Below, piece after piece: positions 10,309-20,294 of a stretch of DNA of 64,000 bases. The translations under genes were made by a program, and so were the position numbers. Origin of the DNA: Gemmatimonadota bacterium (lineage in GTDB: Bacteria > Gemmatimonadota > Gemmatimonadetes > Gemmatimonadales > GWC2-71-9); NCBI GenBank assembly GCA_003221005.1, contig QHTZ01000067.1, positions 43,417-107,416 on the forward strand, in the 5' to 3' direction. Under the pieces are notes generated by a model, which searched no databases, was not told where the DNA came from, and saw nothing but the letters and a program-made list of their open reading frames with translations. How positions within the stretch are numbered: the first letter of the stretch is position 1; the number at the start of each line of letters is the position of its first letter.

Positions 10309-11708
10309 AGCGGCGCGTCGTACTCTACAACCCAGTGGCCGCGTTCCACACCATGCCACTCGCGCTCGTCGCGATCGGCTCCCATCTCGACCGCGAGCGG
10401 TACGAGCCGCTGATCGTGGATGGGCGACTGGAGCCCGACGCAGTGGGTCGTGTGCTGCAAGCGGCTGAGGGTGCGTTGTGCGTCGGGGTCACGGTGCTCA
10501 CCGGGGAGCCGATTCGCGACGCGGTGAGGATCTCGCGCGCGGTCAAGGCACGATATCCTGATCTTCCCGTGGTCTGGGGCGGTTGGCACCCGTCGATGTT
10601 TGGCGTCCAATGCCTCGAGGAGCCAAGCGTCGACGTCACCGTGCAGGGCCAGGGCGAGGTCACGTTCCTCGAGATCGTGGATCGCCTGGCCCGCGGCGAT
10701 GCGCTCGACGGTTGTCTCGGTTGCTCCCATCGGGCGAACCACGGCGCCGTGACGCGAAACGCCTCCCGGCCGCTCGAGGACGTCAACGCCTTTCGCCCGC
10801 ACGATTACACGCTGATCGACATCGAGCGGTATTACGGGCTCAAGGGCAAGAAGCAGCTCGACTACATCGCCTCCCAGGGGTGCCGCTTCCGCTGCGCGTT
10901 CTGCGCCGATCCGTTCGTCTACCAGCGCCGCTGGGTCGGGCTCGACCCCGCCCGCGTGGGCTTCGAGATCGAGCAGTGGTGGTTCCGCTACCGCTTCACG
11001 GACGTCAACTTCCAGGACGAGACCTTCTTCACGTCGACGCCACGCGTGGTGGCAATCGCGGAGGAGTTCATCCGTCGGGGACTGCCCATCACTTGGGCCG
11101 CCACGATGCGCGCCGATCAATGTGTGCGCATGACCGATGACGCTTTCGAGGTGTGCAAACGCTCCGGACTGCGGCGGGTCCTCGTCGGCGTCGAATCTGG
11201 GTCACCAGAGATCCTCAAGCGCATCAAGAAGGACATCACGATCGAGCAGGTTCTGGAAACCGCGGCGCGCTGCCGGGCGCTGGGCCTCAGGGTGCAATTC
11301 CCGTTCATCGTTGGCTTCCCCGACGAGGACGAGGATAGCGTCTCGGCGACGCTCGCGCTTGCCAAGCGGCTGCGGGCCATGAGTCCCGACTTTGAGACGA
11401 TGATCTTCTACTTCAAGCCGTATCCCGGCTCCGCGCTGACCGAAGACGCGGTACGCCGCGGCTACGAACTGCCCCGCACGCTCGAGGCGTGGTCCACGTT
11501 CGACTACGTCGGTTCCGCGGGCCCCTGGGTCTCGCGTGAGAAGTACCGCCGCATGGAGCGATTCAAGTTCTACGAGCGGCTGGCCTGGGACCGGGTACCA
11601 GCGTGGAAGAAACCGCTCCAGAGGCTCGCGCGCTGGCGCTGCCGCCAGGATGCGTACGGGTTTCCCGTTGAGAAACTGGTACTAGGAGCGACCTCTGGAC
11701 TTCGCTGA
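10305..11708 (+). CDS. cobalamin-dependent radical SAM enzyme
   Basis: 'VLYNP...MPLAL', 'VWGGWHPS', CxxxCxxC 'CRFRCAFC', 'GVESGS'. ATGA overlap with the methyltransferase. Confidence 0.92.
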   Translation: MKRRVVLYNPVAAFHTMPLALVAIGSHLDRERYEPLIVDGRLEPDAVGRVLQAAEGALCVGVTVLTGEPIRDAVRISRAVKARYPDLPVVWGGWHPSMFGVQCLEEPSVDVTVQGQGEVTFLEIVDRLARGDALDGCLGCSHRANHGAVTRNASRPLEDVNAFRPHDYTLIDIERYYGLKGKKQLDYIASQGCRFRCAFCADPFVYQRRWVGLDPARVGFEIEQWWFRYRFTDVNFQDETFFTSTPRVVAIAEEFIRRGLPITWAATMRADQCVRMTDDAFEVCKRSGLRRVLVGVESGSPEILKRIKKDITIEQVLETAARCRALGLRVQFPFIVGFPDEDEDSVSATLALAKRLRAMSPDFETMIFYFKPYPGSALTEDAVRRGYELPRTLEAWSTFDYVGSAGPWVSREKYRRMERFKFYERLAWDRVPAWKKPLQRLARWRCRQDAYGFPVEKLVLGATSGLR

Positions 11709-11845
11709 CCACCCCCTCCCGGGGCCCACCTGAATAGAGGGTGTTCGCGTGACTCCGCGACCTACTACCATCCGCCCACACCCACCTCCCGCCCGCAGTC
11801 TTGTCGAAATCCATTCCGCAGACGCGAGTTCAGGGTGGGCTGCCT

Positions 11846-12209
11846 TGAAGCCCGTGTAGTAGGTGAATGCGGAATACAAGAGCCCCAGGGAACTGGTAAC
11901 CACCCAGCGCCGAGCGCAATTCCCGATCCAACCAAAGCTTCTGTTTGATCCCCAGCGGCCCGGCCGCTGCGAATTGGGAGAATCCGCGCGGCGCGACACC
12001 GAGAAAGGTCTCTAGAATGCGATCGAACTTCAGGATCGGCTTTTTCGTACCGCCTCGCCCAGGCAGTACTCCACGGGGCGGGCGGGGAAGCCGGCGTCGC
12101 CCTTCTTACGGGTGAACCGCTGCTCCGACGCGGCGGCGACGATCTCGCCATCGGCCAGCAGCGCGGCGGCGCTGTCGTGATAGTACGCCGAAATCCCGAG
12201 GATTCGTAC
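11846..12209 (-). pseudogene. decayed NodU/CmcH-family carbamoyltransferase
   Basis: Collinear fragments in different frames: 'RILGISAYYHDSAAALLADGEIVAAASEQRFTRKK', 'LKFDRILETFLGVAPRGF...IKQKLWLDRELR', 'SLGLLYSAFTYYTGFK'. The start codon reads GTA and the C-terminal two-thirds are absent. Confidence 0.85.
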
Positions 12210-12231
12210 GGAGCGGGCCAACCGCAACCCC

Positions 12232-13452
12232 CTAATTGGACCGATGAAAGGGGGGGCGCTCGCGGAAGTGCGCAACCAGCACCCGCGCAAGCAACAGAGA
12301 GCCGTGATCGTTAAAGTGGACGTCGTCGTACAGCGCCGTCGTGTCAGCTGGAACCACTTTTGCCGCATCCACACAGTCGAGTCCTCGTTCGCGGCAGACC
12401 TCGAGCAGGGTCCCGTTGTACCGCGCCATCGCGCGGCTCAGCGCGCGGGTCGTGAAGTACCGCGCAGACTGACGATCCTTGCCCAACCACCCGAACCATA
12501 GCAGGCGCTCCTCCGCGTCGGACATACCGTCACGCCACGCGCTGGGCTGCGTGACGAACACGAGCCGCACGCGAGCTGCCGCCGCGAGGTCCGCCATCGC
12601 GTTGAGGTTCCGTCGGTACTCGATCAGGGGCCCCTCGAGCGGCGGGAGACTGTCGATCCACTCCTTGGTGTCGTGGCGACGGAGGCGTGCCCCCTGGAGG
12701 AAGCCCGGGCCGCCGCCCCGCCACGCGAGGCTCCGGTTCCGGGCCAACCTCACCCGTCGCGCGAGTTGCCACAGCACCGTCGCTTTGTACCAGGGAACGT
12801 TGAGAGTGCGAATCGCATCTTGAATTCCGCCGGGGACACGTGCGAACGCCCGTTTTAGCTGCTCGTTTTCCGCACCGGGCTCCGTCACGAGCGCAGGAAG
12901 GCGATATCCCCATCCTTGCTGCAGGGCGGACATCATGTCGTTTACCCCGACGAGGGAGACGACGACGTCGATATGGGGATACTGCGGCAGGAGGTACTTG
13001 AGGTGCAGCACATGATCCCGGGTATTCGCGCCGCTACGGCCGACGTTCCCGACCCACACCTGTCTCCCATCCGCCGTTCGGTCGAGATCCGTCTCGAGCA
13101 GGTGGGTCCAGACGTTGGTGTCATCCAGGACCCAACACTGCGTAGTGCTTCCCCCGACGGCGAGGATGCGGTATTCGGTGCGGTCGTCTCCGAAAGGCCG
13201 CCCCCGCACGCCGAAGCGATTGACTCGGACGTGCGACACACCTTCCACGCCGTGGATCACGTCGGGCGCCGCTGTCACCGTCCAGTCCGTGCCTGGCTCG
13301 AGCACGAAGTAGCCGCGGGAGGGCGGCAGCACCTCGCGCAGCACAAGCTCCGCCGCGGCTAGGGCCACGATGACCGACACGGCTGCCAGGGCGAGGTTGG
13401 AAAGAGCCCCAGCGATGCGAGCGCGCCAAGTCGCCGGGGAGCCTGGGAGCAC
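12232..13452 (-). CDS. membrane-anchored SGNH/GDSL hydrolase or acyltransferase
   Basis: N-terminal TM helix; 'AVGGSTT', 'VGVND', 'DDVHFN'. Confidence 0.8.
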   Translation of the reverse strand: MLPGSPATWRARIAGALSNLALAAVSVIVALAAAELVLREVLPPSRGYFVLEPGTDWTVTAAPDVIHGVEGVSHVRVNRFGVRGRPFGDDRTEYRILAVGGSTTQCWVLDDTNVWTHLLETDLDRTADGRQVWVGNVGRSGANTRDHVLHLKYLLPQYPHIDVVVSLVGVNDMMSALQQGWGYRLPALVTEPGAENEQLKRAFARVPGGIQDAIRTLNVPWYKATVLWQLARRVRLARNRSLAWRGGGPGFLQGARLRRHDTKEWIDSLPPLEGPLIEYRRNLNAMADLAAAARVRLVFVTQPSAWRDGMSDAEERLLWFGWLGKDRQSARYFTTRALSRAMARYNGTLLEVCRERGLDCVDAAKVVPADTTALYDDVHFNDHGSLLLARVLVAHFRERPPFHRSN

Positions 13453-13478
13453 CGGAGCTCCGATCGTGCCGCCCAGTT

Positions 13479-14846
13479 CTACCCCACGGCCCGATTCACC
13501 GGAAGCTGTTCCGCCGAACGGTGTCCCGCTTCACGGCGTTCGAGCCCGCTCCACAGAGCATCGAACTCGCTCACCCGCGGGCCGTCTCCCGTGCGCGCAC
13601 TCACTTCCTGGTGCAGCAGGTCGCGAATCTCGCGATAGAAGTCGGTGGAGTAAGTCCCGCGGAACATCATCGCGAGATCGTCCGAGTCGGCCCAATTTGC
13701 CTTGCCCCTGAGGTCCATCCGCACCCGCTCGTAGAACGGCGTCCCCGGCAACGGATAGGCGACTGACACCCCAATATCATCGGGCGCTTCGTCCCGGATC
13801 AGATCGCGCGTCTGGAGGATCGCATTCCAATCCTCGCCGGGATACCCCAGCTGGACGAACCAGCAGGCCCGGATGCCGTGCTGCTTGAGACGTTGCGTCC
13901 CTTCGCGAATCTCGTCGACCGTGGTCCCCTTATCCATGGCCTCCAGTACATGCTGCGCCCCGGACTCGACGCCCAGCCACACCTCCTCGCAGCGCGCCTC
14001 GGCCAACGCCTCGACCGCGGTCGGCGTCATGAGGTTGACCCGGGACTGCATCGTGAACGGCAGCGCGGCGCTCCGGGACCGGACCTCTGCAGCGAACGCC
14101 TCGATCCACCGGGGCGTCAAGCCGAAGATATCGTCCGCGAACCACACGTGGTCGGGGGCCACGGCTCGCCGGAGCTGCGCGAGCTCTTCCGCCACGTTCG
14201 CCGCGCTCCGTTGCGTGTACCGCCGCCCGAAGACCGGTTTGGCACACCAGTTGCAGGCGTATGGACAGCCGCGAGACGTACAGACGTTCCAGGAGAGCCG
14301 GCCGTGCGCCGCCGTCCACGCGACGCGGTACTGCTCGACATCGATCAGATCCCACGCCGGGAACGGGAGGGCGTCCAACTCCGTGCTCGAACGACGTGCG
14401 GGCGTCCGGCGAATCGAAGACCGCGCGGCGGCGGACCCCGCAATCGCCAGTCCCGCAACCCGCGAGAGATCGGCATCGGGATCGTCGCTCCACCGGGTCG
14501 TGAGGTCGAGAAAGGTCTCCTCGGCCTCCCCCAGGATCACCGCGTCCGCGCCCACGTGCAGGTAGGCCGCCGTCTGATCGATGGCGTCCGAGCCGTTGAC
14601 CACGACCCGCGCGCCAGCCGACTTTGCCGCGCTGATCATCTCGAAGGCGGCTTCGCGCATCCGCGTCGTGCACATCTTGGTGAGGAAATTGAAATTGTCC
14701 TCGAGGATGCCGACGACCTTCGGGCGCGCGGCGTGCAACAGATCGCGGAATTCTTCCACCCCCTCCGACAGCATCGCGTCGAAGAACGTGAAGTGGCGGC
14801 GCTCGCGTCGCAGCAGCGCCGCCGCGATGAGCGTCGAAAGGCTCAC
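13479..14846 (-). CDS. cobalamin-dependent radical SAM enzyme (N-terminus apparently truncated)
   Basis: CxxxCxxC 'CPYACNWC', 'GVESGAQ'. Paralogous to 7268-8653. GTG start overlaps the upstream TGA. Confidence 0.85.
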   Translation of the reverse strand: MSLSTLIAAALLRRERRHFTFFDAMLSEGVEEFRDLLHAARPKVVGILEDNFNFLTKMCTTRMREAAFEMISAAKSAGARVVVNGSDAIDQTAAYLHVGADAVILGEAEETFLDLTTRWSDDPDADLSRVAGLAIAGSAAARSSIRRTPARRSSTELDALPFPAWDLIDVEQYRVAWTAAHGRLSWNVCTSRGCPYACNWCAKPVFGRRYTQRSAANVAEELAQLRRAVAPDHVWFADDIFGLTPRWIEAFAAEVRSRSAALPFTMQSRVNLMTPTAVEALAEARCEEVWLGVESGAQHVLEAMDKGTTVDEIREGTQRLKQHGIRACWFVQLGYPGEDWNAILQTRDLIRDEAPDDIGVSVAYPLPGTPFYERVRMDLRGKANWADSDDLAMMFRGTYSTDFYREIRDLLHQEVSARTGDGPRVSEFDALWSGLERREAGHRSAEQLPVNRAVG

Positions 14847-15835
14847 CTGGGCCTCGCGGCGCCGGGCCGGGACACCAGGTCCGTCAGCAACCCAACCGCA
14901 CCCGTGAGGTCCGCGGCGCCCGACAGACGGTAGCCACCGCTCCGGGACCAATGCGCGGCGATGTGGTCAGGCGTCCCGAACCGGTGCTCCTGCGGGATCG
15001 CACCGTGCCGGAAGTCTTCGAGGAACGTATCAGGGGCCAGGGGCTCGAGGCGCGCGCGGCTCCCATTTCGGGGACCCAGCAGCACGGTGGCGACGCGCCG
15101 GGCGCGGCGCACCGCGGGTGTGGACGAAGGGAAGAGATCGAGCCGATACTTAGCGTCCGCTCCACTGCCCGCCGCCGTGGCCGCGTCTTCGAGGGCGAGG
15201 AGTCGCGCTGCATCGGGGCGCAACGTCACGTCGCGTACGGCGGAAAGGATGTCGTCCGGGTCGCTCCGGGCAGCCAGCACGCTTTCGTCCCCCAGCACTC
15301 CCAGACCCGACCGATACGCGGCAGCGACCAGGGTGGACTTGCCCGCGCCGGCCGCACCTCGAATCACCACGGCTCCCACCGGCCCGCTCACCGCACCGGC
15401 ATGCAGCACGCAGTACCCGCGCCGAGCGAGCAGGGCCGCCGCGGGTGTCTCCAAGAGCAACCGCGCGACGAGCGAGAACTCATGCGTCACCAGTCGTGCG
15501 GAGACTCGGCCGATCAAGTACCCAGCGGCGCAGTCGATGCGAGCCCACAGGTGGTCGCCGAGGGAGAGCTCTGCGTGGTCGGTGCCGACGCCCCACCGCT
15601 CCGTGAGGGCCGCTGAAGGGCGAGCGCCATCGCTCTCCCCCTGCACGTCGATCGCAAACGCGATCGGCACCTCCGTGCGCCCAGTTGACCGCAGGCCGGG
15701 CCGGACGCGATCCCAGAGACGATCCGCCAACTCAAGGATCCGGGCGTCATTGGTCCGGATCCGGATCGCGTCACGGGGAACCACGTACCATGCTTCGCGG
15801 CGCAATCCGCCGTTCCAGCGGGACGACGTGGCCAA
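14843..15835 (-). CDS. HprK-related P-loop kinase
   Basis: 'VLHAGAV...VVIRGAAGAGKSTL...LGDE'. Start position uncertain. Confidence 0.75.
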   Translation of the reverse strand: MATSSRWNGGLRREAWYVVPRDAIRIRTNDARILELADRLWDRVRPGLRSTGRTEVPIAFAIDVQGESDGARPSAALTERWGVGTDHAELSLGDHLWARIDCAAGYLIGRVSARLVTHEFSLVARLLLETPAAALLARRGYCVLHAGAVSGPVGAVVIRGAAGAGKSTLVAAAYRSGLGVLGDESVLAARSDPDDILSAVRDVTLRPDAARLLALEDAATAAGSGADAKYRLDLFPSSTPAVRRARRVATVLLGPRNGSRARLEPLAPDTFLEDFRHGAIPQEHRFGTPDHIAAHWSRSGGYRLSGAADLTGAVGLLTDLVSRPGAARPR

Positions 15836-15989
15836 CCTCCATTCCGTGAGAAAGTCGAACGACGGGATGCTTCGGACCCACGAAAGACAGCAAGCTAACG
15901 GACTCGCCAACGCCCCGACACCCCCCGGCCACGCGTCCTCCCGTCGCGCCCGATTGACCGCCGGATTGCAACGTGTCAGCGTTCTGCGC

Positions 15990-17105
15990 ATGGTACTCGT
16001 CGATGGCCACGGGCCCCGGGTCGCTTGGGTGGGAGTACATCTCGATCCGCTGGGTCGCGGCGCCGACGCGCTGCTTGCGGGGGGCTGGCGCGGGTTCGGC
16101 CGCGCCGCGGCGGCGGCCCACCGCGCCGGGGCGCGCGTGGCGATCGTTCAGGCGGCCTGGGAGACTGCCGAACGGGAGATCGAAGGTGTGCCCTGTTACT
16201 TCGTCCGCCCACGACGGCTGCTCGAGCGCGTCGCGGCCCACGCCCCCGACCTGATCCATTTTGAGGGGCTACGCTTTCCCCGCAAGCTGCGTGCGCTCGC
16301 CGCGGCGCTTCCAGGCGTCCCCATCCTCGCGCAGGACCACGGCACAACGTGCCCGCGGGGCTGGCGGCGCTGGTGGTACCGCTGGGGGTTCGCTCCGCTC
16401 GCCGGCGTCGCGTTCACAGCGCAGTCGCAAGCCGTGCCCTTCTTCTCCGCCAGCGTTCTTCGCGTGAATCTCCCGATCTTCGAGGTGATCGGGATATCGA
16501 GCCCGTTCACGCCCGGCGACCACGGGGCGGCTCGCGTGGAGGCGGGACTGGACGGCGACCCATGTCTCCTCTGCGCGGGGAACCTCGAGCCAAACAAGGA
16601 TCCGCTCACGGTGCTTGCCGCTGTGTCGCGTGCGGCGTCTGAGTTCCCTGGCCTGCGGCTGTACATGTGCTTCCGCAACGCGCCCCTGCTCGGCGCCGTC
16701 CAAGCACGCGTGGCGGGCGATCCGGCCCTCGCTGATCGGGTACGGTTACTGGGCGAGGTGCCCTACCCCGAGATCGAAACGTATTTCCGGGCCGCGGACT
16801 TCCTCATTCAGGCGAGTCACATCGAAGCGAGCGGCGGAGCCGTCATCGAGGCGCTTGCCTGTGGGACGACACCGCTCGTCACCGATATCCCGTCATTCCG
16901 GCGGATCACCGGCGACGGGGAGTTCGGTGCACTCGTTCCCGTTGAGGACGCGGTGGCGTTCGCCGCCGCGATCCGCGACTGGAGCCGGAGGGACGGCGGC
17001 ACGCTCCGCAGGCGGGCACGCGAGCACTTCGAGCGGGATTTGTCCTTCGACGCGATCGGGGGCCAGCTGCGCGCGGCCTATGAGGCGGTCCTCGCCCGAC
17101 GATGA
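15990..17105 (+). CDS. GT4 glycosyltransferase
   Basis: 'GNLEPNKDP', 'EASGGAVIEALACG'. Confidence 0.85.
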   Translation: MVLVDGHGPRVAWVGVHLDPLGRGADALLAGGWRGFGRAAAAAHRAGARVAIVQAAWETAEREIEGVPCYFVRPRRLLERVAAHAPDLIHFEGLRFPRKLRALAAALPGVPILAQDHGTTCPRGWRRWWYRWGFAPLAGVAFTAQSQAVPFFSASVLRVNLPIFEVIGISSPFTPGDHGAARVEAGLDGDPCLLCAGNLEPNKDPLTVLAAVSRAASEFPGLRLYMCFRNAPLLGAVQARVAGDPALADRVRLLGEVPYPEIETYFRAADFLIQASHIEASGGAVIEALACGTTPLVTDIPSFRRITGDGEFGALVPVEDAVAFAAAIRDWSRRDGGTLRRRAREHFERDLSFDAIGGQLRAAYEAVLARR

Positions 17106-18157
17106 ACGCGCCGACCTGGCATGTCCGGCCGTACCGGCTGGGAGATGAGCGTGCGCTCGTCGCGCTGTGGGCCGAGGCGTTCAACCGGCCGATGACCGAA
17201 GCGCACTGGCGCTGGAAGGTGAAGGGAAGGCCCACGCCGGTAGAAAACGTCGGTATCGCCGTCGCGGCCGACGACCGACCGATCTTTCAGTTCGTGGGGA
17301 TCCCCTGCCCCGCCGTCGTGCTAGGGGCGCCGCGCACGGTGATGGTCGGGGCGGACGTCGTGACCGCCCGGGAGTTCAGACGCCGCGGCGTGTTCACGAC
17401 CGCTGCGCACCGCTTGTTCGACAGCTGGCGCGAGGCGGGCATAGCGCTGGTCCTCGGCCTGGCGAACGATCGCTGGGGCTCGCGCGCCGAAGCACTCGGC
17501 TACGAGCGCTACTTCGAGTTGCGCTGGCGGATCCGGTTCTTGCGGCCGGAGCGCATACTGGCCCGCAAGGCCCACCTCCCGGCGCTCGCCCGCCTGCGCG
17601 GACTCGGCAATCTGTGGAACCGCGCGTGGGATCTGGTGCCGCCAGGCGCGGGCGGAATTACCGTCCGGCCCCTCGTCTCCGCGGCGCCCGACATCGACAC
17701 GATCTGGGAGCGCGGGGCGAGGCACGTGGCGACCTCCCTCGTGCGCGACCGCCCCTGGGTGGAGTGGCGCTACTGCAATCCGCCGGACGGCGACTACCGT
17801 CTCACGCTAGCAGAGCGCGCGGGCTCGCCCGTCGGGTATGCGGCCTGTCGCGTGGTACAGATGGACGGCCGAACTTCCGTCCGCCTGGCCGAGATCTTCG
17901 CGCCCGGCGACCCGATGGCGCTACGCGCGCTCGTGCGGGACGTGGTCACGCGCGCTGCGGTCGAGGACGCCGACGTCGTGGTCACCCTTGCCGTTCCTGG
18001 GAGCCACATGGATCGCGAGTTACGGCGCGCCGGGTTTCTCTTTTGTCCCGGCGCGTATCGGTTGGAGGCGATCCGGCTGGACCCCACCATCCCTCCGGCG
18101 CTGCTGCGGGACCCGCGGGGGTGGTGGCTCGCTGGCGGCGACTTTGATGTCGTTTAG
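17102..18157 (+). CDS. tandem GNAT-family acyltransferase
   Basis: Acetyl-CoA motif 'FRRRGVF'; C-terminal 'GGDFDVV'. Confidence 0.75.
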   Translation: MNAPTWHVRPYRLGDERALVALWAEAFNRPMTEAHWRWKVKGRPTPVENVGIAVAADDRPIFQFVGIPCPAVVLGAPRTVMVGADVVTAREFRRRGVFTTAAHRLFDSWREAGIALVLGLANDRWGSRAEALGYERYFELRWRIRFLRPERILARKAHLPALARLRGLGNLWNRAWDLVPPGAGGITVRPLVSAAPDIDTIWERGARHVATSLVRDRPWVEWRYCNPPDGDYRLTLAERAGSPVGYAACRVVQMDGRTSVRLAEIFAPGDPMALRALVRDVVTRAAVEDADVVVTLAVPGSHMDRELRRAGFLFCPGAYRLEAIRLDPTIPPALLRDPRGWWLAGGDFDVV

Positions 18158-19031
18158 GCTCAAGCGGGCCGTCCTGGCGAGCGCGACGGCGGTTTGGTCC
18201 GGCGCCGCGCGGGCGGCCGGGCTGTGCGCGAGCGGACGGCCGGACCTCTGGCACTCCCCCGGCGGACAACGGGTGCTGGTGGTGGCACCCCACCCCGACG
18301 ACGAGATCGCGTGTGCCGGCACCCTGCTCCTCCACCGACGGGCCGGCGACGTGCTGCATGTGGCACACGCCACCGACGGTTGCGCCGCTCGGGCCGGAGG
18401 TCTCACACGGGGCGAGATGCACGACCGCCGGCGAGAAGAGGCTCGGGTGGCCGCTGACTTGCTCGGTGTCGCCGGGGCGCACTGGCTCGGCCTGCGCGAG
18501 GGCGACTGGGAGGAGGCGGCGCTCGTGCCCGCACTGCGCGACCTGGTGCGGCAGACGGCACCGCACGTCCTCTACGCCCCCTCGCGCGTCGACTTCCACC
18601 CCGAGCACGTCCGCGTCGCCAGGGGTCTCGCCGCCGCCCTGTCGGGCGACGGAGCGCTCGGGTGCACGATCCGCGTGTACGAGGTGCAGGTGCCGCTTAC
18701 GCCCGTGCTGGTCAACTTCGTGACGCCGATCGGCGCTGTGGTTGACGAGCTCATTGGGGCTATGGAGTGCTACCCGACCCAGCTCGGGAGCATCGAGCGG
18801 CTGCTGCGCATGAAGCGTTATGCCGCGTCGTTCTACGGGTTGTCGCAGCTGGCGGAGGAGTTCTGGCAGATGGATCCGGCGGCGTACCGGCGCGCGCACG
18901 CGGCGCGGGCCGCGCCCGAGGCAGACGGCGCATTCCGGGGCGTGCGGGCGCGACCGTTCACCGATCCGCTCTCATATCTCCGAGGGCTGGGCGCGAGACG
19001 GCAGCTGCGGGACGTGTCGCAGGGTCCGTGA
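18147..19031 (+). CDS. PIG-L/LmbE family deacetylase
   Basis: 'VAPHPDDE', 'RREEA', 'DFHPEH'. Confidence 0.88.
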   Translation: MSFRLKRAVLASATAVWSGAARAAGLCASGRPDLWHSPGGQRVLVVAPHPDDEIACAGTLLLHRRAGDVLHVAHATDGCAARAGGLTRGEMHDRRREEARVAADLLGVAGAHWLGLREGDWEEAALVPALRDLVRQTAPHVLYAPSRVDFHPEHVRVARGLAAALSGDGALGCTIRVYEVQVPLTPVLVNFVTPIGAVVDELIGAMECYPTQLGSIERLLRMKRYAASFYGLSQLAEEFWQMDPAAYRRAHAARAAPEADGAFRGVRARPFTDPLSYLRGLGARRQLRDVSQGP

Positions 19032-20155
19032 AGCTCGGGCTCGTGGTCCCGGGTGGCGTGGCGCGCACGTCGGAGGACGGTCGGATCCCGTGCCTGCACT
19101 GGCTCATCGAGCGGCTCGCACGGCGCCATGAGGTCCACGTCTACTCCCTCCGTGGCGCGCCGCGGCCAGACCGCTATTCCTTCCTTGGGGCGACCGTTCA
19201 TCACGCCGGTGTGCGCCCGCTGAGTCTGCGGACGCTCGCGGCGATCGTGGCGGAGCACGGCCGGAGGCCGTTCGACCTGCTGCACGCGTTCTGGGTCACG
19301 CCGCCGGGAGTCATCGCCGCGTGGGCGGGCACGATGATTCGGCGCCCTGTGTTGCTCCACGTCGGGGGGAACGAGGTGGTCGCGCTGCCTGAGATTCGCT
19401 ACGGCGGCCTGTCCACGCGGCGTGGCCGGTTCTGGGTTCGCGTCGGCCTAGCGGGCGCGACCCGGATCACGGCCGCGAGCCAGCCGATGCTCGACGTCAT
19501 CCGGGCGCGGGGGCACACGGCCGAGCGGGTGCCGCTGGGCGTCGCGCTCGAGCGGTGGTGCGTCGCGGCGCCGCGGCCGCGCCGTGCGGGAGCGACGGCG
19601 CGCCTCGTCCACGTGGCGGACCTCAATCTGGTGAAGGATCAAACCACGCTGCTCGAAGCGGCGCGACGCCTCGCCGAGCGCGGCGTCGTCTTCCAGCTTG
19701 ACATCGCGGGCCGGGACACCCTTGGGGGCGCGGTCGCCAACCTCGCCCGGCAGTGTGGCGTTGGTGACCACGTACGCTTCCACGGGCATCTGCCGCACGA
19801 ACGTCTTCACGCGCTCGTGACGGAAGCCGATCTGTTGTGGCTGTCGTCACGACACGAGGCGGGGCCGCTCGTGGTTCTCGAGGCGGCGGTTGTGGGCGTC
19901 CCTACGGTGGGGACAGCGGTGGGCCACGTGGCGGAGTGGGCGCCCGAGGCTGCAGTAGCAGTTCCCGTGTGTGATCCTGAGGCACTCGCCCGGGAGACGG
20001 TGAGACTGTTAGGAGACGAGGCGCGACGGCTGTCGCTGGCGCGCGAAGCCCAGCGCCGGGCGCTCGCGTGCGATGCCGATTGGACCGCCTGCCGCTTCGA
20101 GTCGCTGTACGACAAGATCGTCAACGGAGCCAGACCGAACGGTCGCGATCGATGA
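19028..20155 (+). CDS. GT4 glycosyltransferase
   Basis: 'VKDQTTLL', 'HEAGPLVVLEAA'. Confidence 0.85.
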   Translation: MKLGLVVPGGVARTSEDGRIPCLHWLIERLARRHEVHVYSLRGAPRPDRYSFLGATVHHAGVRPLSLRTLAAIVAEHGRRPFDLLHAFWVTPPGVIAAWAGTMIRRPVLLHVGGNEVVALPEIRYGGLSTRRGRFWVRVGLAGATRITAASQPMLDVIRARGHTAERVPLGVALERWCVAAPRPRRAGATARLVHVADLNLVKDQTTLLEAARRLAERGVVFQLDIAGRDTLGGAVANLARQCGVGDHVRFHGHLPHERLHALVTEADLLWLSSRHEAGPLVVLEAAVVGVPTVGTAVGHVAEWAPEAAVAVPVCDPEALARETVRLLGDEARRLSLAREAQRRALACDADWTACRFESLYDKIVNGARPNGRDR

Positions 20156-20294
20156 GATCGCCCGTGCGCAGGATTTCGTCTCGGTAGCAATCAGTCACCA
20201 GCCCTGGAGATGCCGCTGCAGATCGAAGGAGGACGACGTCGTGCCCGTGCTGGGAGCGCCGGCGATGATGAAGTTCGGAAGCCGCGCGGCGGGC

